A stretch of DNA of 64,000 nt from Macrostomum lignano. Its lineage: Eukaryota. Made by a program: the position numbers and the translations under genes. This document shows, piece by piece, positions 58,560 to 64,000 of this stretch. The stretch is from the NCBI GenBank assembly GCA_002269645.1, contig NIVC01002728.1:81819-145818 (forward strand), given 5' to 3'. Under the pieces are notes generated by a model. That model saw nothing but the letters and a program-made list of their open reading frames with translations, searched no databases and was not told the DNA's origin. Position 1 is the stretch's first letter. Each line of letters starts with the position of its first letter.

Positions 58560-59465
58560 ACTTCTGAGCGTCACCTCACCAGAACGAGCAAATTCGTACT
58601 CAGAGCGTCATAACGCCTGTCAGTAGTAGTATCGCATTGGCAGAGCGTCACAACGCCTGCTGGTACCACCGTATAGCACTTGGGCTGCATGGGCACCCGA
58701 ACCAACCTGCTGCATGGCTGCATGGTCACTACATAACCGATACTTAAGTCGGCCTGGGTCAATGTATCAAGAAGTTTGCTAAGGGTCGAAAATCTAAACA
58801 GGCCACATCGAAGGAGCCTTTGAAAATGCTCTCTTTAACTCCTTCAGAAACTCCTTTTCCAGCAGGAATGTGAAGCACAGTATCGTTTGCTTGATTGACT
58901 TAATGATCCGCAACAGGTTTTCGACTTCCACGCTTATATGGGCCGCTAACTGCACCTGAGCGAGGATAAAAGGCGGTTTCGAAGGCGCCGTGCTCACCCC
59001 ACTTCTGTGTAACCTCGTTATGGACGAGCTCCTGACGGCTGAAATTCCCAGCGGTATCACCTGGGCGGGGGACGCAGATGACGTCGCTTCTCTCGACAGC
59101 GAATTCTATCCTGCTACTCGGTGTGCAATTTGATGCAGCAATTCGCCAACAAGGACGTAGTGACTGAACCACATAACATGACGTAAAAATCAGCGTCAAA
59201 AAGACAGTTGTCATCTTCAAAAAGCGCGTTCGTGCAATGGAGATGCAAAACCTCACTGTTTATGGTAGACACACTGTTTATGACCTACCTTGACAAAATC
59301 ATCTTGCGAGCAAAGCGCTGCTTCGCCCAAGTGCGTAGAGCCATCGGGCTGACCAAGGGCCTCTCCCCAAAAATGGTTTGTTGAATTTACACCGGCATCA
59401 TCCGACTGAGCATTACCTACGCGAGTTTCAACCATGATCTAGAGCAGAAGACCGCTTTGGAGCGC
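58560..59465 (+). mobile_element. Degenerate R1/LOA-like LINE RT fragment
   Basis: Plus-strand remnants IEGAFENA, GAVLTPLLCNLVMDELL, (Y)ADDVA and [26 protein letters not shown], with stops and frameshifts. Confidence 0.8.
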
Positions 59466-59469
59466 CTGT

Positions 59470-62400
59470 TGTGTTGCTACTCTATGCGTTTGCGTAATTG
59501 TGTGTATATTCGATGTACACCTGTTAGCTATCGATCGCATTATAACATATGATATATAAGTGAGAGCGCGGTGAGTTTGAGAGCTTAAGAGTTTCGCCTA
59601 CAAATTTTCAGACTGGCTGACTTTTTCATTATACAACATTGGCGTCGCAAGCTAAAGCCAGCACCCACCCCAATTAGCCGGGGCTGAAGTCAGTCTGAGT
59701 GAAGTGACTGCAAAACACACGCAAGCCAACACAAGTTGCTACAACAGCGCCAAACTCCAAAAGTGCAAACAAAAATGGCAAGTGACAATGCCTCAACAGA
59801 AGCCCTGCGGATCAGCGTATCGCCGCCCGATCAGTTCCTGCCGCAGCCAGGGCGACCGACGAGGCCGTGGAAAGAGTGGAAGTCTCTGTTTGACAATTGC
59901 CTGCTGGCGGCCGGTTACGACACTCTGCCGGAGGCGAGGAGGCGTCCGCTGCTGCTGCACTGCCTGGGCGCTGAAGGCCAGTGAGTCTTCACCGCGGTGG
60001 CGGCAACGAGGACTCCGGTTCCAACAGGAATCACTGCGAAAATCGCGATTCTGGACGAGCAGTTCGGGGTCAAAGTCAACGTGGTAGCGAGCGCCACAAG
60101 TTTCCACAGCGCAGTCAACGTCCGGGTGAAAAGATTGCGGACTTGTGGCGGCCCTGTATGCTCTAGCTGGCTCATGTGAGTTCCCCGACATGATGGAAGA
60201 AATGATTCGGGACCAGATCGTGGAGAAGGTCAGCGACAGGCGAATTCGATAGCACCTGCTGATTGAGGACGGTCTGACCCTGCAGAAGGCCATGACTCTG
60301 AGCCAGCAGTGGGAGACCAGCATCGCTGAGGCCAGCGTGATCGAGATGGGAGGCGCAGCTGCTTCCGGAGCCCAGCTGGGAGAAGAGGTGAAGAAAGTCC
60401 GACTGCAACCCGACAGGAAAAACGGAGGTCAGAAGCGATCAGCGGATCGCGAGCTCTGCTCGAAGTGCGGAGGCGGACACACCAGCCGGACTCGCTGTCC
60501 AGCTGAAGGCAAGATGTGCCATGTCTGCGGTCGGGCCGGTCGCAGGGAGCCAAAGTCGCCGAGATCGTGGACGATAGCGACCACACCGTGTACACAGTGC
60601 GCGGTGCTGCCAGCCCTGACATCCGCTGCCGGCTGAAGGCGCAGGGCACCTGGCTGAATCTGCTCGAGGACTCGGGAGCCAAGGTGTCCATCCTGTCGGA
60701 AAGGACCTTCAGAAAGCTCGGAAACCGGGTGCCACTGCAGCCATCGACCAAGAAGCTCATCGCGTACAACGGCGAGGCGATCGGTGTAATGGGCGAGGCA
60801 GTGCTGTCCGTTAACTACCGAGACCTCTACCGAGTTCACTAAGCTCGATTTGAACTCGTCGTACTTGCAGCTGGAACTGGCGGAAGACCGGCGGGACCTA
60901 ACAGCCTTCATCACGGAGAAAGGCCTGTACCGGTACAAACGCGTCTGCTACGGCCTTAACAGCGCTCCAGCAGCCTTTCAGAAGGTGCTTAGTAAGATTC
61001 TCCACGGCTGTTTGAGGACGCTGCACTACGTTGATGATACCGTGGTGCACGCTGCCAACGAGACGGAACACCGGCGGCGGCTCACGGCAGTGCTGGACGA
61101 CTGCTCACCCATGGCGTTACGCTCAACACCGCTAAGTGCCAGTAGGCTACAGAGTCCGTGCAGTTTCTGGGCTACATCGTCTCGGCTAGAGGCCTTCAGC
61201 CGATGCAGTCCAATGTGGAAGCCATCGAAGCGGTGCCAGAGCCTCAGAACACCAAGGCGGTGGCCTCATTTCTCGGAATGGTAAAGTTTACTCGAACTTC
61301 CTACACAACCTATCCGACATCGCCTAGCCGCTGCTGCAGCTACTTTGCAAGGACCAGCCTTGGAAATGGACAGCGGACTGTCAGAGGGCCTTGTGGAGGC
61401 TTAAGAAGATGGTAGTGTCTCCAACGTGCCTGCGATTCTTCTGTCCCGACGACAAGATAATCGTGGCCTGCGGCAGCTCTGCGCACGCTCTGGGTGCCGT
61501 GTTAATGCAAGCGTTCGCAAGCCAGTCGCTTTCGCGTCGAGGACTCTGTCGGCGACCAAGTGCAAGTACTCCGCGTCAGAAAGAGAAGCGCTCGCATGCA
61601 TCTTCGCCTGCGAGCGTTGGCACTACTTCCTGTTCGGCGGCAGATTCGAACTGTACACCGACCACCAGGCTCTGACGACGCTGCTGACGGCTCAGGGCTG
61701 CCACTGACCTTTGCGGCTGCACCGATAGGCCGACCGCCTGCTCGCGTACGACTTCCAAGTGTGCCACGTTCCCGGTAAGAAAAACGTCGTGCCCGACTTT
61801 TTGTCACGCCATGGCGCTTTCGGAGAAGATTGCGCTGAAGATCCGAACGAGCACCAGGTGAATGCCGTATTGTTATCGGGCGCGCTGGAGTTTGTCAGCG
61901 CAAGCGAGCTGGCCGAGGCATCCCTGCAGGACCCGGTAATAAGCGAAGTGATAACCCTGACGCTCCAGGGGTGGCCGAGCTCCATCAGCATCTGCGGCCG
62001 GAGCTGCAGCCGTACTGGAGGATCTGAACGCAGTTGACGGCCTGGAATGACGGCAAGTGCCTGGCAACGGCACTCGAGCGGTGATCCCCGCATCCCTGAG
62101 GGAGATGACGCTAAAGCTGGCGCACTTCGGGCACCTCGGCGTGAGCAGAATGAAGCAGCACTGTCGGGACGCCGTCTGGTGGCCGCAAATCGACCAGCAA
62201 ATTGAGGAGTTCGTGCGGCACTGCGAAGCCTGTCTGCTAAGCGAGAAGAATTTCAAGCCATCCAAGACGGTTCTGACCCGACGAAGTGGCCGACGCGTCC
62301 ATGGGAGGAGCTTCAGCTAGACATCTTTGGGGAGCTGCACTCGCTCCGAACTCCTGCCGCTTCATCCTGGTGCTGTACGACTTGCACTCAAAGTGGCCGG

Positions 62401-63451
62401 AGGCTGCCTGCATGTCAACCATCACAAGCGCTGATGTCATCAACGCCTTGACAACGTGGTGCCGAAGAGTATCAACACAGATGGAGGCCCTCAGTTCGTG
62501 TCCGGTGATTTCGAGGATTTTCTCCGGCGCTGTGGCATCCAGCATCGGCAGTCGCCGCACTACCACCCTCAGGGCAACGCGGCGGTGGAGCGTTTCAACC
62601 GGTTTCTCAAGGACGGCCTTAAGACGCACGTGGAGGAGGGCTACGGCTTCAAGGACGCGGTGAAGGCACTGCTATGGTCGTACAGAGCCACCCCGCATGC
62701 ATTGACTGGAATTTCCGGCAGAGCTGATGACAGGCCAGAAGATCAGCACTCCCCAAGGACGGCAGCGCGGCACAGACTAGCGGCCGGCGGCATCAAGCGG
62801 AAACAGCAGCGAGTTTTAAACCAGCTCAACTCGACCAGGAAACTCCCGCCGACTTTCATGGTTGGCGACTGGGTTGCGGGTGAAGCGGCCGTTCACCCGC
62901 GGCAAGCTAAGCAGCCGCCTGTCCGAGCCTCGTGAGATCTCCCTGATCGCGAGCGCCACCACCGTCATCCTCAATGATGGCTCCCACTGGCACGTCGAAA
63001 ATTGCGTTCGAGTGCCGCGGCCTGCTGGAGCGCTGCCCGCGACGGCTTCGAGCGCAGCTGCGACTCCGGCAGTGGCGGCGGCGGAGGCGGCAAAGCCAGC
63101 GCGGCCGCAGCAGACAGCCCAGACTGCGGTTCGAGTGAGCACGAGGACGCGAGCGCCTCCACAGTGGTACGGGGAAATTGTGACGCACTAACTGATTTAT
63201 TAGTGACTGTTAACTGACATTCTCACGAACGCTGCGTATTTGAAGCCAAATTAGTTGTTCTCAGATTAATATTGCGATTTAATGCTCAGCGAAATACTCT
63301 GTGCGATGATCTGCTTTTATTCCTTCGAGGCTCAGTCATGCACTTTTATTCCTTGTTCAATATTTCGACGATTTCGGTTTTCGTTATTCCGCTCATTGGA
63401 AGGGAAGGTGAACTTTGTATTGGTACTCTATGCATGTGCGTAATTGTGTGT
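59470..63451 (+). mobile_element. Degenerate Ty3/Gypsy LTR retrotransposon (gag, protease, RT, RNase H, integrase)
   Basis: 5' LTR ~59470-59638, then PBS-like TGGCGTC. gag from ATG 59775 (LLHCLGAEGQ); DSGA protease; KLDL..SYLQ and YVDD RT; ALGAVL, YS..EREAL, TDHQAL RNase H; H-x-GHLG...C..C, TDGGPQF and ERFNR integrase. PPT ~63397-63410. The 3' LTR start (63416-63451) matches the 5' LTR at 32/36. Many frameshifts and stops. Confidence 0.93.
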
Positions 63452-64000
63452 GATATAACCACCCTTGTCGTCTGTCCGCTCCGCTGGGAGACGAACGCAT
63501 GACCAGAGGGGCAATGACCGTAGGCTGCCTTTGACCGGGCAATTACCTGACGGACCTCCAGCACCAGACGCTTTCGTGACCAGAGGGCCAAGGACCCACA
63601 TGGACCCCACCTGTAGCCAAGGTGCAATAGTTGGTCACTCGGTCACAGCATGACGAGTGGCTGCCACCATCTATGTGACCTGGCGCACCTAAATCTTACT
63701 ACCAGACCTCTCGAGGCTAGAGCCCCGCCTGGATTGGTTACCAGGGGATTTAGGCTAACAGGGGAGACACATGCATCGAGTACAGGGACTCTGCTTGGGG
63801 CATGATCGGGAACTCTGGGCTCAATCTAGAGGATTTCTCAGCAGGGGATCCTTTGTGGCTGTGAGCGAGGCTGACTTGCGGCTTTAATTACTAAGAGTAG
63901 TGTGAGGCGAACATGTACTGTCTTTAGTTTAGATTGCTCAGGGCGAAGGGACGCATCAGCATGGGGTTGCAACCTTCCTACCGCCATTTCTGTGCCAAGA
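63452..64000. mobile_element. Unrelated sequence, probably another LTR, interrupting the Gypsy 3' LTR and running off the window
   Basis: LTR-LTR similarity stops abruptly at TGTGATATAACC. Non-coding and GC-richer. Confidence 0.45.

Noticed and set aside
58900-59435. Minus-strand ORFs, one with a signal-peptide-like start ([18 protein letters not shown])
   Set aside because: The opposite strand carries ordered RT motifs of a decayed LINE, which explains the region better.

Overview
Intron-rich, repeat-rich eukaryotic DNA from an invertebrate animal. The gene style and transposon set resemble the flatworm Macrostomum; that is an unverified inference. Stitching ORF fragments at GT/AG sites with consistent phases gives seven host genes or gene copies. 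(1) A tandem cluster of secreted proteins with the layout signal peptide - F-type-lectin-like domain x2 - WSC: three complete paralogs (22516-27887 +, 33291-36942 +, 39701-45688 -), one 3'-truncated paralog (873-6735 +), and an orphan exon fragment at 14194. (2) A secreted fibrinogen-domain (FReD) protein with an unrecognised N-terminus (47840-49211 -). (3) Two tandem 6-Cys Shisa-like membrane proteins (52389-53233 and 55369-57987, +). The rest is nested mobile DNA (RTE-like, RTEX-like and R1/LOA-like LINEs, Gypsy elements and solo LTRs, a MULE derivative, TIR elements and MITEs, two tRNA-derived SINE families) plus about 20 tandem arrays, many filling whole introns. Best leads: the lectin-WSC family, whose fucose-binding motif is degenerate; a 2-kb intronic AP-1/E-box array; and a candidate HDV-like ribozyme at the 5' end of a near-intact RTE. 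No rRNA, bona fide tRNA or CRISPR array was found. All alignments and counts were done by eye.
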